A stretch of DNA of 64,000 bases from Sphingomonadaceae bacterium (GTDB lineage: Bacteria; Pseudomonadota; Alphaproteobacteria; Sphingomonadales; Sphingomonadaceae), in the NCBI GenBank assembly GCA_002863155.1, contig PKED01000047.1:10674-74673 (forward strand), read 5' to 3'. Position 1 is the stretch's first letter; each line of letters opens with the position of its first letter. The position numbers and the translations under genes were made by a program. Positions 62,732 to 64,000 of this stretch are shown in pieces. The notes beneath the pieces were generated by a model. That model did not search any database, was not told where the DNA came from, and saw only the letters and a list, made by a program, of their open reading frames with translations.

Positions 62732-63357
62732 CGCATCCCCTCCCGGAAGCGGCTTTCGGCGAGTTCGGCAGCGATCATCCATTCGACGCCTTCGATCACG
62801 CGCTCCGCCTCCGCCATGTCGCGGCCCCAGCCGTACAGGCCGTGCCCGCGGATAAGATAGGCAGGCGGCGGCGATTCGGCCAGCATCGCGGGTTCAAGCG
62901 CGGCGATGATGTCGGCCATGTCCTGGCTGTTGTCGACGATCGGCAGGTCGAAATGGGTGTCATGCGTGTCGAACCCGGGCAGCACCTTCAGCATCTCATG
63001 CCCCGCCAGGCGGTAGCTCGCAGCGTCGGCATAGGCGCGGCTCATCCCGACAGCCTCGGGCGAATGGCTGTGCAGCACGGCGTTGATGTGCGGAAAGCGG
63101 GCATAGAGCGCCATGTGCAGCGCGGTTTCCGCCGAGGGCTTCTTGCCGTCGAGCGAACGCCCATCGGCATCGACCGCCATCACCCCGAAATCGGTCAGCC
63201 GCCCCTTGTGCCAGCCCGACACGGTGATCGCGAAGCGGCCATCCGCCAGCCGCATCGAATAATTGCCGGCGGTGGCGGGGGCCCAGCCTTTGCCGTCGAG
63301 CCAGCGCCCGGCGGCAATGATCTGGGATTTCGCATCGGCAAGCGTCGGCGCGGTCAT
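62728..63357 (-). CDS. mtnB: Methylthioribulose-1-phosphate dehydratase
   Basis: PATAGNYS, KPSAETALH, HSHS, LIRGHGLYGWG class II aldolase motifs. Confidence 0.95.
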   Translation of the reverse strand: MTAPTLADAKSQIIAAGRWLDGKGWAPATAGNYSMRLADGRFAITVSGWHKGRLTDFGVMAVDADGRSLDGKKPSAETALHMALYARFPHINAVLHSHSPEAVGMSRAYADAASYRLAGHEMLKVLPGFDTHDTHFDLPIVDNSQDMADIIAALEPAMLAESPPPAYLIRGHGLYGWGRDMAEAERVIEGVEWMIAAELAESRFREGMR

Positions 63358-63380
63358 GCACGGTTCCGGATGAAAGGGAG

Positions 63381-63454
63381 TGGAGCGGGTAACGGGAATC
63401 GAACCCGTGTATTCAGCTTGGAAGGCTGCTGTACTACCATTGTACTATACCCGC
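63381..63454 (-). tRNA. tRNA-Gly (TCC)
   Basis: GCGGGTA acceptor stem, CT-TCC-AA anticodon loop, GGGTTCGATTCCC, encoded CCA; 74 nt. Confidence 0.96.
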
Positions 63455-63468
63455 GCCCGGGCCGGACG

Positions 63469-63497
63469 CGATTACCGGCAAGCGCGCGCGCGTGCAA
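63469..63497 (-). promoter_or_regulatory. Sigma70-type promoter of tRNA-Gly
   Basis: Minus strand TTGCAC-N17-TAATCG, ending 14 nt upstream of the tRNA. Confidence 0.55.
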
Positions 63498-63550
63498 GTC
63501 GCCACATCCTTCACGGGTTGCTTACCCTTTGTCGCCTAAAGCGGCGGGCG

Positions 63551-64000
63551 ATGCTGCACGATCCCGCTCTCGCCCGCGCCACCGCCGCCGATCCGCGCCC
63601 TGTGTCCGCCGTCAGCACCGGCGTGGGCGTGGTCGGCCTGGTCGGGCTTCTCGCCTGGGTCGCGGTCGCGCGCTGGTTCAAGATGGATGGCCCGCTCTCC
63701 GCGATGACCAATCTGGTCGCGTGCGGCGTGCCAATGGTGCTTTGGTCGGTGTTTGTCGACAAGGTTCACCTGCGCCCCTCGACCGGTATCGACTGGCAGC
63801 AGACCAGGAACTGGCGCGAGACGATCGACATCAGCCTGACCAAGCTCGCCGGGCTTTGGATCACCTGGGTGGCGATCGCGCTCGTCTATTTCACCGGCCG
63901 CTTCTACTGGACGGATCGTTTCGCGTTTTCGATGAGCGTGTTCGGTGTGGTGGCGCCGTTCGTGTTCATCCTGTCGGTGCCCTATGTCATCTGGCTCGAC
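63551..64000 (+). CDS. Multi-pass membrane protein, possibly isoprenylcysteine carboxyl methyltransferase-like; runs off window
   Basis: ATG 63551 frame open to the window end (MLHDPALA...MVLWSVFVDKVHLRPSTGIDW...); family guess from memory of the N-terminus only. Confidence 0.55.
   Translation, partial: MLHDPALARATAADPRPVSAVSTGVGVVGLVGLLAWVAVARWFKMDGPLSAMTNLVACGVPMVLWSVFVDKVHLRPSTGIDWQQTRNWRETIDISLTKLAGLWITWVAIALVYFTGRFYWTDRFAFSMSVFGVVAPFVFILSVPYVIWLD

Noticed and set aside
57513-63454. Genomic island bracketed by the two tRNAs
   Set aside because: No integrase and no duplicated tRNA 3' end found; most genes inside have host-like composition.

Overview
GC-rich alphaproteobacterial chromosome segment. 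The gene content (Oar-type TonB receptor, serC-serA-hisZ-purA, mutY-DUF721-dsbA-dsbA-smc, bamD-recN-ligA without lpxC) suggests a Sphingomonas-like Sphingomonadaceae host; this is inference. It is mostly housekeeping: DNA repair and chromosome genes (ligA, recN, smc, mutY, AlkA-like), amino-acid, purine and lipid metabolism (serC, serA, hisZ, purA, aroC, pheA, fabI, pdxH), a full methionine-salvage gene set (mtnP, mtnBDCA and a candidate MtnE aminotransferase), envelope genes, and two tRNAs (Tyr-GTA, Gly-TCC). No CRISPR array, integrase, classical transposase or prophage was seen. Unexplained structure is concentrated in four places. (1) Three families of palindromic intergenic repeats, including three exactly 140-bp composite elements with terminal inverted repeats, two GANTC sites and a nested ~78-bp palindrome that also occurs alone. 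(2) A DUF559/Vsr-like endonuclease gene bracketed by 35-bp inverted hairpin repeats, next to an AT-rich 74-aa orphan. (3) A ~600-aa exported orphan with a single CxxCH heme motif. (4) An AT-rich islet after tRNA-Tyr encoding a 58-aa secreted two-Cys peptide with its own RBS and terminator-like hairpin. Family names come from motif recognition by eye, not database searches. Start codons were adjusted manually from the ORF track.
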